64,000 nt of DNA from an uncultured virus (IMG/VR IMGVR_UViG_3300025736_000017) (Duplodnaviria; Heunggongvirae; Uroviricota; Caudoviricetes): the IMG/VR virus record IMGVR_UViG_3300025736_000017, one strand, 5' to 3'. Position numbers and translations under genes: made by a program. The notes under the pieces are model-generated. The model did not search any database, was not told the origin of the DNA, and saw only the letters and a list, made by a program, of their open reading frames with translations. Shown one piece after another: positions 47,176-56,689 of this stretch. How positions within the stretch are numbered: position 1 is the first letter of the stretch; each line of letters opens with the position of its first letter.

Positions 47176-48699
47176 TTAGGAAAATAATATTTTATAAAGA
47201 TTTTTTCTTTGAGCCGATTTATACCAATTACAAGTTTTGTTAGCTTGTTTGTATTCTTCTGGGAAGTTAGCATAGATCCCATCAATGATTTGTTTAACTG
47301 CCTTTTGAATATAGGTCTTTCTTTTTCTGACACCAGCAGAGTTTACGCCATGTAATGCAAGATAGTTAGAGGCAGTTGGCATATCGAATCCAAAGTGTTT
47401 CATAACTATATATGCACTTGCTTCTGCGTCTGTCTCCATTTCTTTACGTCCATAATCTAGTTTATTTTTGCCTTTTTCTTTTCGTTCTGCCCAATGAATT
47501 AATTCATGAGCTATCTCATGAATAATAGTTTTTACTTGTCTAACACCAGAAGAGTCTACGCTAATAGCGATTTCACCGCCAGCAGACCATCCTCCAGCAG
47601 ACCCAGTATCTTTCCCTACATCAACTTTAATGCCCAAAGAATCTGCATATTGTAAAGCTGCATTCCTAATTGCTGATGAATAGTCTGTATCTTCATTATC
47701 TCCGTCCATCCAAACATCTCTTTTAATAGGTTCATATGGATTTTTGTCAGGATTTTTCTTTTTCCATTTATCTAAAGCAACTCCTGTAAATGGTTCTGTA
47801 TCTGCAATATCAAAAACGTTGCCAAGCTTAAATCTTACGAATTTATCTTCTTCTCCAGTTTGTGGATTAATACGAACTTGACCTTGTTCATCTTTATTTT
47901 TCAACATCATAGGATAATATATAAGTATACTTCCCAATTGATGATCTTCTTTTCTTTTTACTTGTCTTCCTAACATTTGCCATTTTTTATATGATTGAAC
48001 TTCTTTAGCTTGTCCACGAGTCTGGAAGAAAATTAACATTTGATTGAAAAAGCTATAATTATAAAGACGAGCAGACATAGCCAAGAAGTTTTGTATCAAT
48101 GTGTTCTTTGCAGCTTCATCTACTTCTCCCGCTAACATCTCAAGTTGTTGATCTATAAGGGTTCCGATTGTTTTAGCTTGATCTGATGCAGGAATGCCTT
48201 TTAGTATATCTTTGAATTTTGTTGCTAAGTTATCAACTGTCGCATCTACGTCGCCAGGAACAATAAGATCTTCTACTTTAAACTTTGATTGTTGAGGAAC
48301 ATATCTTTCCCCAGCTAATGTACTTTTTGCATATTCAAGACCTTTAGCACTGACTTCAAGATTGAACATTTTAGCGACTTGATAGACTTCTGCTTCTACT
48401 TCAGCAATGTTTTCTTTAGTTACAAGCTTTGTGGGTTTGCCTCTGAATTCATTGTAACCACTGAATCCTACAACAAATTTAGCATTAGCTTGTTTTTTAG
48501 TTGCTGGATCTGCGTTAACATTTAAGGCAAGATAGCTTCCTTTTTTGCCTTTGTTAACAAACGTTTCGATTGTCCCAACTGTTTGAACGGTAGGAGTTGC
48601 GGGGGCATGACCGATTTGTTCGTCTCCAGTTGGGACAGAAATAGGTTCGTTTTGAACAATGTCTTCTTGTGCTAATTTAAAGAATGTTTTAAAAGCCAT
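47176..48699 (-). CDS. ArdC-like ssDNA-binding + zincin metallopeptidase protein
   Basis: YNYSFFNQMLI, SYKKWQMLGRQVK, VFDIADT, IIHEIAHELIH, ETDAEASAY. Confidence 0.8.
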   Translation of the reverse strand: MAFKTFFKLAQEDIVQNEPISVPTGDEQIGHAPATPTVQTVGTIETFVNKGKKGSYLALNVNADPATKKQANAKFVVGFSGYNEFRGKPTKLVTKENIAEVEAEVYQVAKMFNLEVSAKGLEYAKSTLAGERYVPQQSKFKVEDLIVPGDVDATVDNLATKFKDILKGIPASDQAKTIGTLIDQQLEMLAGEVDEAAKNTLIQNFLAMSARLYNYSFFNQMLIFFQTRGQAKEVQSYKKWQMLGRQVKRKEDHQLGSILIYYPMMLKNKDEQGQVRINPQTGEEDKFVRFKLGNVFDIADTEPFTGVALDKWKKKNPDKNPYEPIKRDVWMDGDNEDTDYSSAIRNAALQYADSLGIKVDVGKDTGSAGGWSAGGEIAISVDSSGVRQVKTIIHEIAHELIHWAERKEKGKNKLDYGRKEMETDAEASAYIVMKHFGFDMPTASNYLALHGVNSAGVRKRKTYIQKAVKQIIDGIYANFPEEYKQANKTCNWYKSAQRKNLYKILFS

Positions 48700-48806
48700 C
48701 TTGTTTTCCTTTGTTAAATTCTTAGAATATTTACTATTCTATCTTTTTATATCGTTTTCCTACAAAAAATTAAAAGATTTTTTAAATTTATATCGAATAA
48801 GATATT

Positions 48807-49421
48807 ATGAGTTGGTACAAAAAATCAATGCCTACAATAAGAACTGTTGAGGCTAACATAAATAATATAGCTAAGAATATATCAAAAATAAATGGTGTCA
48901 ATTCAGTTCTTGTCTGGGGATCTTTCGTTAAAAATGCAAAAAAGAAAAACTCAGTAATAAGAGACCTAGATATCATAGCTGTTAGCGATATCTTCTCAGA
49001 AGATCTATTATCAATAACAAATGATAATATCTACTCTCCCTTCAATCTAACAGTCACAGAACTAGAAGATGAAGGATTCGATCCAAAAGCAGTTCAATTC
49101 ACAAAAGACTTTATAAAAATTAAAGAATACAATGTAGATCATTGGGCTATATCTGATGATAAAAAGTTACTTCATTGGGGAGCATTCATAGAAAATAAAG
49201 ATCATTGGGAAGAAATAAAAGAACAAGCAGAAAAACATGCCCAAAAAGAAACAAAAACAAATAGAAAAAATCTCCATAAAGCAAGCCAATTCACAAAAAA
49301 TAGATGGACAAACAACTATAATCACTGGGTTAATAAACATCTCGACGGAATGCCAGAAGGCTGGTACTCGCTAAAATGCGATATAAAAGAAATCCTTAAA
49401 GAAACAAAAAAAATACTCTAA
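48807..49421 (+). CDS. Nucleotidyltransferase-domain protein with MSWYK tag
   Basis: VLVWGSF...RDLDII (pol-beta GS/DxD motif). Confidence 0.7.
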   Translation: MSWYKKSMPTIRTVEANINNIAKNISKINGVNSVLVWGSFVKNAKKKNSVIRDLDIIAVSDIFSEDLLSITNDNIYSPFNLTVTELEDEGFDPKAVQFTKDFIKIKEYNVDHWAISDDKKLLHWGAFIENKDHWEEIKEQAEKHAQKETKTNRKNLHKASQFTKNRWTNNYNHWVNKHLDGMPEGWYSLKCDIKEILKETKKIL

Positions 49422-49515
49422 ACTTATAATTTTCTCAAAAAAATAGAGGACCACAACCACATCCTGACGAAATATATAATAGGAAACTAAATATGGATTA
49501 TATAGGAGAAAGATC

Positions 49516-49773
49516 ATGAAGACAATAAAAACTGTTTCCGTCCTTTTCATAGCACTTGTTCTTGGTTTATCTGTATTAATGTCAGGTTGCTCTTTTGGCA
49601 GCGTTACAGAAAGTATAGATACGACACCAACAAAAACAATAATTGTAGGAGAAGGAAGGTACGAATATCATGTAATAACAAGAGGAGCAAATGGGAAGTA
49701 TTATATCAGACCTGTTAATGTTCCTTTTCCTCGCGTTGGACCTCAAAGTCCTAAACAAAATGGAGGTGAATAA
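49516..49773 (+). CDS. Small lipoprotein
   Basis: Signal peptide with LMSGC lipobox. Confidence 0.65.
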   Translation: MKTIKTVSVLFIALVLGLSVLMSGCSFGSVTESIDTTPTKTIIVGEGRYEYHVITRGANGKYYIRPVNVPFPRVGPQSPKQNGGE

Positions 49774-50492
49774 TGGATTCAGGAAAATACCTCGGAATTA
49801 TCGTAGGATTAGCCTTACTTGTTATGTCAGCATGCTTTATCGCTGGCGGTTGTGATCCAAATGCAGATCCTAAAACGACAGGACCACAAACAATCGAAGC
49901 AATAGATCAAAATGGACAAACTGTACGTATCGTAATGCAGACTCCATCAAGAGAAGAACATTATGGAAGTAGTACACATATAAAAAGAGAAGTTAAAATA
50001 GCAAGAATTGTGTCTCCTTTTGGTGTTAGTGCTGGCGAAGTTATAGCTAAACAAGAACCGATGAAACTCTCTACTAGTAAAGAAGGTTGCATAGATGCAA
50101 CCACAGGCGGCTTCAGATGGACCTTATTTGATTCTATATGGATGTGGATTAAGAATCTGTTCTGGTTCGGTATCCTCGGTGGAGCAATCTTGCTGATTCT
50201 TTACTTTGTCTTCCCAGCAGCGAAACCAATCATCGGTATGATCGGTAGAGCAATTGGTAGCGTAATACCTATCGTAGGAAGCGTCACTGAAAGAATCTCA
50301 GCAGGGCTTAAATGGAAGAAACCAGCAGTAGAATTGGTCCGAGCCGGTCAAACTTTTAAAGAAGACATAGATAAAGAAGATTTTACAGATGAACAAAAAG
50401 TAAAGATAAAGAAAATGTTTAATGAAGCTCATCAAAAAGTTCAAGATGGAGCAACACAAAAGTTCGTTAAAGAAACAAAAACTGAGCTTTAA
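49773..50492 (+). CDS. Lipoprotein with additional TM segment
   Basis: FIAGGC lipobox; LFWFGILGGAILLILYFVF helix. Confidence 0.65.
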   Translation: MDSGKYLGIIVGLALLVMSACFIAGGCDPNADPKTTGPQTIEAIDQNGQTVRIVMQTPSREEHYGSSTHIKREVKIARIVSPFGVSAGEVIAKQEPMKLSTSKEGCIDATTGGFRWTLFDSIWMWIKNLFWFGILGGAILLILYFVFPAAKPIIGMIGRAIGSVIPIVGSVTERISAGLKWKKPAVELVRAGQTFKEDIDKEDFTDEQKVKIKKMFNEAHQKVQDGATQKFVKETKTEL

Positions 50493-50556
50493 ATAAAAAC
50501 AATAAATAAATAGATCGAAAACAATTTTTATCTTTATATTATTGATCTATTTATTG

Positions 50557-50589
50557 AAAAGAGTGTCATTGAAAAAATGGCACTCTTTT
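50557..50589. terminator. Bidirectional intrinsic terminator
   Basis: AAAAGAGTGTCATT/AATGGCACTCTTTT between convergent genes. Confidence 0.75.
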
Positions 50590-50590
50590 A

Positions 50591-50995
50591 TTAGACTTGA
50601 TCTTCTTGCGTAGGTTTCCAATACATAGTTGGACCGACAGGAGATGATAACTCAAAATCTATATTTCTTCCCTTATTCTTAACGAAATCAAGATTTTTAT
50701 AGAAGCGTTCTAATGCTTGTTTTTTACCATAACTTGCACTTGGTCTCAAGACTACAGGTAATCCAAGTGATTGAGCAAAGGTTTTAACTTCACTTACGAT
50801 AGCATTCCCAATGCCTTTATTTTGTTGATCTTTTGGAACTTCGATGACAGCAAGTTCAATGTAGCCGTTGCTGGATAGCCATAATTCTAAATCAATGCCT
50901 GGATATCGCTCCATCAAACTTTTTTGTAAAGCTTGAATCTCTGTTTGATCTACTTTTGCTGTTTGATCTACTTTTGCTGTTTTATACCAATTCAT
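50591..50995 (-). CDS. GNAT-like acetyltransferase with MNWYK tag
   Basis: IEVPKDQQNKGIG, LERFYKNLDF; 18-bp tandem duplication (TAKVDQ x2) after the tag. Confidence 0.75.
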   Translation of the reverse strand: MNWYKTAKVDQTAKVDQTEIQALQKSLMERYPGIDLELWLSSNGYIELAVIEVPKDQQNKGIGNAIVSEVKTFAQSLGLPVVLRPSASYGKKQALERFYKNLDFVKNKGRNIDFELSSPVGPTMYWKPTQEDQV

Positions 50996-50996
50996 A

Positions 50997-51332
50997 TTAT
51001 GTTTTTAAATGTTCTGGTGGGATATTTTTATTATATATGAACGTTTTATCTTTTTCTTCATCAACTCTAAAATATGGATCATTTTTAAGATAATTCATAT
51101 CTAAGTTATTAATATCGACAGCGAAAACAACGATATTGTCTAGCCATTTTTCTGCAATATCTTTGTCAATTCCATCTGTTGTTTGAGCAACCTCTGCAAA
51201 CGCTTCTGCTTGATAATAATCTTGAGCCAAAAATACAGGAGCAATTAATCCTTGTTCCTGTATTTTCTCTAATAAAGGTCTATAGGTCGCATGATACAAA
51301 ATATTAATTTGTGTTGTTTTATACCAATTCAT
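50997..51332 (-). CDS. ADP-ribosyltransferase-fold-like protein with MNWYK tag
   Basis: LYHAT...IQEQGL..VFLA...IPPEHL. Confidence 0.55.
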   Translation of the reverse strand: MNWYKTTQINILYHATYRPLLEKIQEQGLIAPVFLAQDYYQAEAFAEVAQTTDGIDKDIAEKWLDNIVVFAVDINNLDMNYLKNDPYFRVDEEKDKTFIYNKNIPPEHLKT

Positions 51333-51937
51333 TAGAATAATATCATTTGAGCATCTTGTCCAAATTTCCTATATAATGATCTTCTTAATGGACTTGGGAG
51401 ATCTTCTTCTGTTGATTTGATTCCTTCTCTATAATTAGGAGTAACAACACTTAACAGATTTTGTGTAGGATCGTACCAACCTTTATAAGGTGGTTTACCA
51501 CCATTCCTATCATTTTCATCTATTAAACGTCCAAAAGACGAGCCATGAGTGGTTGGACCTTCAGCTACACGCAATTGATTTTGCATCCATATCCAGCAAA
51601 AGCTATCGTTTGTTGTCTCTTCATTTTGACCTATTGAGAAATATCTATAAGCATTTAAATCCCCTTCTCCATCACTGTGTTCGTCTGGATAGTTAGTCAC
51701 GTCCTCATATGTTTGTGCTACTTTATATTCTTGTTTGAATTGTTCTAACCATTGAAGATATTGATCAAGTTTTTTATTTTGTTTTTTCTTAAGCATTCCT
51801 ACGATGTCTCGATAAGAGCCTACAGCAGAGTATGGGAGTTGATATTCTTTAACTTCTCCGTTAACTCTTAGGGTTAACTTACCTTGATCGGTTGCCCCAA
51901 GAGGAGCTATTTGTTGTGCTTTTTTATACCAGTTCAT
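51332..51937 (-). CDS. Two-domain MNWYK-tag protein
   Basis: Internal KVAQ precedes a domain shared with 53342..54058. Confidence 0.7.
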   Translation of the reverse strand: MNWYKKAQQIAPLGATDQGKLTLRVNGEVKEYQLPYSAVGSYRDIVGMLKKKQNKKLDQYLQWLEQFKQEYKVAQTYEDVTNYPDEHSDGEGDLNAYRYFSIGQNEETTNDSFCWIWMQNQLRVAEGPTTHGSSFGRLIDENDRNGGKPPYKGWYDPTQNLLSVVTPNYREGIKSTEEDLPSPLRRSLYRKFGQDAQMILF

Positions 51938-52365
51938 GTCACAATATTCATATTTGTACCAAAGATATTAACTTGTTGTATGGAGAATCCCATAGAAGAT
52001 AATATGCTATTGTATTTGTCATTTTTATTTGAATTCATAGAAGCGGCAAGAAGTGGACCATACTGATTTATCCACTGTCTAATCTGTTCTCTCATCTTAT
52101 CAACAACCGACATATAGTCTTCTTGTGGTATTTCTATTTCTTGTTTTTCAAACTGTGCTTCAGGAGTACTCATATCAAGGTCTTCTCTTTTTATTCCAAT
52201 CTGATATTTAGGCAGATTTTCATCTCCAAAAAAAGGAAGAGAAGAAAGAAATAGATCATAACCTCCTATATTAACTTCTTGTTCTATTTTTCCACCAGGA
52301 GCTTCCAAAGAACTTCGCTCCCTGTCTGTTAAGGCACTAACTTTTATTTCTTTATACCAACTCAT
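51934..52365 (-). CDS. MSWYK-tag hypothetical protein
   Basis: Tag plus ATGA overlaps. Confidence 0.7.
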   Translation of the reverse strand: MSWYKEIKVSALTDRERSSLEAPGGKIEQEVNIGGYDLFLSSLPFFGDENLPKYQIGIKREDLDMSTPEAQFEKQEIEIPQEDYMSVVDKMREQIRQWINQYGPLLAASMNSNKNDKYNSILSSMGFSIQQVNIFGTNMNIVT

Positions 52366-53345
52366 TTAATTTCTCTTACAAATTCTACTGCATTCCCGCT
52401 CCATGTTCTCCATTCTCCTAGAGAGCTAACTTTATAACCTTGAGCACCGGGTCTAGGTTTAAACTCTAAAACGGCTATTTCTTCTTCTGTGATAGATGCT
52501 AAACCCATAACATCTGTTGAGAAGAATAATGGATTTAATGGTCCTCCAACGCCTTCTCTAAAAGAACTCCAAGCTTTATAGAAATCAAATACTCTATCTC
52601 TTTGTTCTTCTATGGTCGCTTGTTTTTTGAATTGTATATATCTATCTTGTCCGTCACCGGAATATTCCCACTTGCTTGTTAGAACTGGTTCCCATTCTCC
52701 TTCGTTTTTTTTGTTGAATTCTTCTACAGTTGCAGGAAAATAAGATGGAGTTAAAGTATAATCTCCATCTAGGTTATTAACAAATTGTTCTAAATCTTGA
52801 TCTGTCTTTATTTTACGATATTGTTTAATATCATCGATCCATGGTTTTTCTGCTCCTTCTCCGTTTATAGCTGAACTCACCATATCTCTAGCTGTCATTT
52901 CTCCTGATGCTACTTTTTTACCTTCTAACATTGCTTTATATATTCCTATGGCAATATCAATATCATCAGTGAAACTTAATGTATCTGCTGTTCCTCCTCC
53001 TAATCCTTTTCCAAAATCTTGCTTTAGTTCATTTCTAGTTTTTAGTGAATCTTTTATAACTGAAGTTTTAGCTGTAGTAACGTGAAATAGTTGATTTGGA
53101 AGAGGTTTTATATCATCGTTTTTAACTTCTAGATATCCTCTTTCTGTTGCTTCGGATGGAGATGTTCGACCAATGCTTAAAGATTGTTGCATAGAGTCAT
53201 TCCAAGCTCGTCTTTTACGATTCATTTCAGTCATATATTCATCTTGTTCTTTATCAGACAGTGTGTCAAATAGGTCGCTATCCCATGCAGTATAGTCACG
53301 ACGATGCTGTTCGTGTATTTGTTGTGCTATTTTATACCAGTTCAT
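52362..53345 (-). CDS. MNWYK-tag protein, possible ART-like fold
   Basis: LFHVTT...LSFT...LGEWR. Confidence 0.55.
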   Translation of the reverse strand: MNWYKIAQQIHEQHRRDYTAWDSDLFDTLSDKEQDEYMTEMNRKRRAWNDSMQQSLSIGRTSPSEATERGYLEVKNDDIKPLPNQLFHVTTAKTSVIKDSLKTRNELKQDFGKGLGGGTADTLSFTDDIDIAIGIYKAMLEGKKVASGEMTARDMVSSAINGEGAEKPWIDDIKQYRKIKTDQDLEQFVNNLDGDYTLTPSYFPATVEEFNKKNEGEWEPVLTSKWEYSGDGQDRYIQFKKQATIEEQRDRVFDFYKAWSSFREGVGGPLNPLFFSTDVMGLASITEEEIAVLEFKPRPGAQGYKVSSLGEWRTWSGNAVEFVREIK

Positions 53346-54058
53346 GATTGGTCAAAAAGATATATGTTTATATCATCTCCGAATTTTCTGTTTAAAGCTT
53401 TTATCAAAATATTTGGGACATCACGAAATTGGTTAACTCTTGGGATAACTATACTAACTCTTTTTTCTTCGTCGTTTTTTTCATATCTACCAGCATATCT
53501 TTTATGCGTATAACCAATTTTTGAACTATGTTCTGGTCCTGTCAAGATTCTGTCACCATCCCAAACCCAAGCTAAAAAAGAATCTTCAAACTCACTTGTA
53601 TCTCTCGTTCTTGGTCTCCAATCTTCATTAACGTGACCGATACCAAGATAAGTAATATCATGTTCATCCGTATTATAAATTGCTTGTGCTGTTTTCGTCA
53701 ATTCGTTTTGTTCCCAAAATTTATTAGCTTGTTCAAGAGCGGCTGTTATATTTTTTACGCCTACTGGATTGTCAGAATGTACTGCCCACTGTAATCTAGG
53801 AAAATTCCCATGATAAGCTTGTTCTTCTATCCATTTAGCGACATCATATCCGCTACCATTCTCAGGTAATCCCAAATCATGATCTAAAGATATAGAAGAT
53901 ACTGAACCGCTTTCTAGAAGTTTAATAGCCTCTGGTGCAGTCTTTACCCATGTCTCGCTACCAGAAGCACCTTTCTGTCTTCCTATGTCTGATTGAGGAT
54001 CTCTCGCATCATCTAACCATATAGCAATCCCAGTTTGTGCTGTTTTATACCAGTTCAT
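53342..54058 (-). CDS. MNWYK-tag protein: cyclic-phosphate-processing receiver-like domain + second domain
   Basis: IWLDDAR, ISLDHDLG, SGYDVAKWI, VHSDNPVG; internal KTAQ. Confidence 0.75.
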   Translation of the reverse strand: MNWYKTAQTGIAIWLDDARDPQSDIGRQKGASGSETWVKTAPEAIKLLESGSVSSISLDHDLGLPENGSGYDVAKWIEEQAYHGNFPRLQWAVHSDNPVGVKNITAALEQANKFWEQNELTKTAQAIYNTDEHDITYLGIGHVNEDWRPRTRDTSEFEDSFLAWVWDGDRILTGPEHSSKIGYTHKRYAGRYEKNDEEKRVSIVIPRVNQFRDVPNILIKALNRKFGDDINIYLFDQS

Positions 54059-54435
54059 ATAGGAATTACCTTACTAACTGATTCTGTAAAAATTCTAAGA
54101 TAAGCTCCTCCATGTGCTGTTTCTCCGTCATATCCAAAATCAACCAATGTTTTATCTATTGTTCTGTTATCTTTGTTTCTTAAATGATCCCATTGTATTT
54201 GATTTAACTCTACAGGTTTCTCTCCATCACTAATTTTAAGATTGCTGTAATCAAATAATATCTTATATTTACCTTTTCCTTCTCCGCTTGCAATATCTCC
54301 TATGTGAGCATATAGACCTGGACCATTCCAACCTGAACTAGATGCAATAAACTGACTACTAGACTTTATGCTACTATAAGAGTCTTTATCAGTTAAATGG
54401 GTAGCATATAGTTGTGCTTTTTTATACCAACTCAA
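54055..54435 (-). CDS. SWYKKAQ-tag protein, possible ART-like fold (TTG start)
   Basis: ATHLT...GWNGPGLYA...FGYDG. Confidence 0.55.
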   Translation of the reverse strand: MSWYKKAQLYATHLTDKDSYSSIKSSSQFIASSSGWNGPGLYAHIGDIASGEGKGKYKILFDYSNLKISDGEKPVELNQIQWDHLRNKDNRTIDKTLVDFGYDGETAHGGAYLRIFTESVSKVIPI

Positions 54436-54461
54436 TTTATAGCCTCTTTATACCAGTTCAT
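54432..54461 (-). CDS. Tag-only mini-ORF MNWYKEAIN
   Basis: ATG 7 nt after class B promoter GAAA; its TGA overlaps the TTG start of the next gene. Confidence 0.55.
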   Translation of the reverse strand: MNWYKEAIN

Positions 54462-54468
54462 ATTATAT

Positions 54469-54494
54469 ATTTCGCAAAAAAATAGATAAATCCT
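54469..54494 (-). promoter_or_regulatory. Class B promoter AGGA-N17-GAAATATA heading the MNWYK array
   Basis: Recurrent motif. Confidence 0.65.
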
Positions 54495-54551
54495 TAAATA
54501 AAAAAAAGACCACCCTCAAAAAGAGTGATCTTTTTCCTTGTCTTTTAACAA

Positions 54552-55688
54552 TTAACCAACAGGTACTCCATCAAGAAAACCAACTTTATTACCCTCAAGA
54601 TTCTTAATCCCGCCCTCTCTCAACATCTTAACAAACTCAGGCTGAAAAACAAAATAAAGACGAATAATAGCAGAAGCTTCTTCATTCCAATCTTTCATGT
54701 CTAAAGTATCTTGTTGCAATTCCTGATCAATCCTAGCTCCAGCACCAACAGAAACAGCTTTAACTTCAGTTTCTTTATAAAGTTCAGGTCTTTTAGCTCT
54801 TGCTTCTTCTCCAGATAGAACTTTAATGTCATCACAACTATAATTTCCAGACCTTCTAATAGGTTCTACCATAGCTTTTAATAAGGCTGTTTTTTCTTCT
54901 CCCGTAATTTTATGATTATCTGGAGTATGTAAAGGACTAAAAAACATTGGCTGACTCCATGTAGTTCCGTTGCTAGAATTACTATTAGTGGAAATACTAT
55001 TACTAGAACTGCTTGTTCCATTATAAACTGAACTTCCATAAGCTGAACAAGGAGATACTCCACCCATTCCCACGCTACAATCGTCAAGAACTATTCCACC
55101 TCTAGTCAACTCTTCTTTTACCATAACCCTTGGATTTTTAGGCTTAAAAAAAGCAAATCCAAAAGCAGGAACTGTATTCTCCTTCCCAATGACAGCAGAA
55201 GCAACATCTCGCTCCTCTTCCTCAGAGAAAAAAAACTGTCTTACACTTCCATCAGGTTGTCGAAAACCGTCCCACCAAAGATCTCCTGTACTTATATAGT
55301 TCTGAGGAGGAAGCTTATAACCACATTCCTCGCAATATCTTTCATGAGAAAGATTACATCCATGAATAGGACATTTGTCTTTATACTGTTCGAGATCAAT
55401 CGTATTAATCTTTTGACCAGTAATAGGATTCATTCCTTTGATGCTAGGCAGAACAGCAGTATTAATAGGATCATTCATGGTAAAGTCAAACCAAAGTCCC
55501 CAATCAGCAGAAACTGGGCATACATATGTTCCTGCTTCTCTACTCCAACTTTCAGGTGCTGCCGGTAAAGCAGCAATCGGAAAAACCGGAACTGGTGATC
55601 CAGGTGGTAATCTATGAACTCTATCTCCCACTAATCTTTCAGCCATCATGAGTCTGGCTTTGAACCCAGCATGCTCCATGTGGTCCAC
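54552..55688 (-). CDS. Hypothetical protein with W.DGF...GSVRQF motif and Zn ribbon, vWA-associated
   Basis: PPQNY..WWDGFRQPDGSVRQF; GAGARIDQEL..D...W. Confidence 0.65.
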   Translation of the reverse strand: MDHMEHAGFKARLMMAERLVGDRVHRLPPGSPVPVFPIAALPAAPESWSREAGTYVCPVSADWGLWFDFTMNDPINTAVLPSIKGMNPITGQKINTIDLEQYKDKCPIHGCNLSHERYCEECGYKLPPQNYISTGDLWWDGFRQPDGSVRQFFFSEEEERDVASAVIGKENTVPAFGFAFFKPKNPRVMVKEELTRGGIVLDDCSVGMGGVSPCSAYGSSVYNGTSSSSNSISTNSNSSNGTTWSQPMFFSPLHTPDNHKITGEEKTALLKAMVEPIRRSGNYSCDDIKVLSGEEARAKRPELYKETEVKAVSVGAGARIDQELQQDTLDMKDWNEEASAIIRLYFVFQPEFVKMLREGGIKNLEGNKVGFLDGVPVG

Positions 55689-55733
55689 ACTTCCTCTAGG
55701 AGCGAGTTTCTTCGCAAAATTGGGCTGTGTGTA

Positions 55734-56519
55734 TCATTCATTATTTTTATCCTCCACATCAGCGTTGTTAATATCGAGGTCAGTTATACTCGGAACTACC
55801 ACATCAGCCGATTCATCGTCTGTTACGCTGGGAATAACTGTGTCTGCCATATAAGAGACAGAAGTTTCAGCACTATATACTCCCTTGCTGAGATCATCAG
55901 ACATTTTATGCCTTGCTCTGGACAAATGCTGCATTGCGACTTCAGTTCCAACTCCTCCTCTTGCGTATTTTACAGTATTACCTTGAGAAATACCCATCTT
56001 TTTAGCTTCTTCAAAAATGCTATCTTCACAACCTACCATAGCAACAACCCATTGACCAGTCGTTTGAACTTCGTCAATAAGTGTCTTGCAATCTTCGAAA
56101 GAGAATTCTTGCGAAGTATTTTCATATCCATCAGTAAAAATATTGACAAATACTTTAGTATTCTCATCTTTAAGTTCTTCTACGATTTCGTTACGAAGAC
56201 CATTGATCCCGCCTCCGATAGCATCGCACATTGGAGTTCCACCACCAGTAATGTAATTCTTGGCAGTAAGATCTTCTATTTCAGATGATGATTGTTTCCA
56301 AGCATCATATTTAATCGGTTCATTACCGCCATAACCTCCACCGCCGAATGTTACCAAACAATAAATATGTTCTTGGTTTTCAAACTCTTTTGCGTCTGCT
56401 CTCATTGATTCTATCTGAGTATTAACGCCTTTGATCGTTTCTAACTTTACGCTTCCCATTGAACCGCTTCTGTCAAGTATTATCAAATGATAGATTTTAA
56501 CGTCTTTTTTTATAGTCAT
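55734..56519 (-). CDS. vWA domain protein
   Basis: ILDRSGSM, GGTPMCDAIG, FTDGYEN. Confidence 0.9.
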   Translation of the reverse strand: MTIKKDVKIYHLIILDRSGSMGSVKLETIKGVNTQIESMRADAKEFENQEHIYCLVTFGGGGYGGNEPIKYDAWKQSSSEIEDLTAKNYITGGGTPMCDAIGGGINGLRNEIVEELKDENTKVFVNIFTDGYENTSQEFSFEDCKTLIDEVQTTGQWVVAMVGCEDSIFEEAKKMGISQGNTVKYARGGVGTEVAMQHLSRARHKMSDDLSKGVYSAETSVSYMADTVIPSVTDDESADVVVPSITDLDINNADVEDKNNE

Positions 56520-56689
56520 TTTTTTCTCCTAAAAATAAGTTAAAAAAGTGGGATTTTTCACCTTACTCTCTAACTTTAATTAATTTAAAACCTTTTGTTG
56601 CCGTTGAATGGATCTGATTTAACATTTCCATCTTTATTGGCGGTCACAGACTTGAGAGACGGAAGTTCATCAGTCTTCGCAAGTTCATC

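Noticed and set aside
55689..55736. TGA readthrough fusing the vWA gene to in-frame ORF 54552..55688
   Set aside because: The 45-nt gap is open and in frame, but an AGAGGA RBS precedes the downstream starts, so independent initiation suffices
55671..56288. 205-aa plus-strand ORF and the many other short antisense ORFs
   Set aside because: Lie opposite well-supported genes and lack recognisable motifs or RBS
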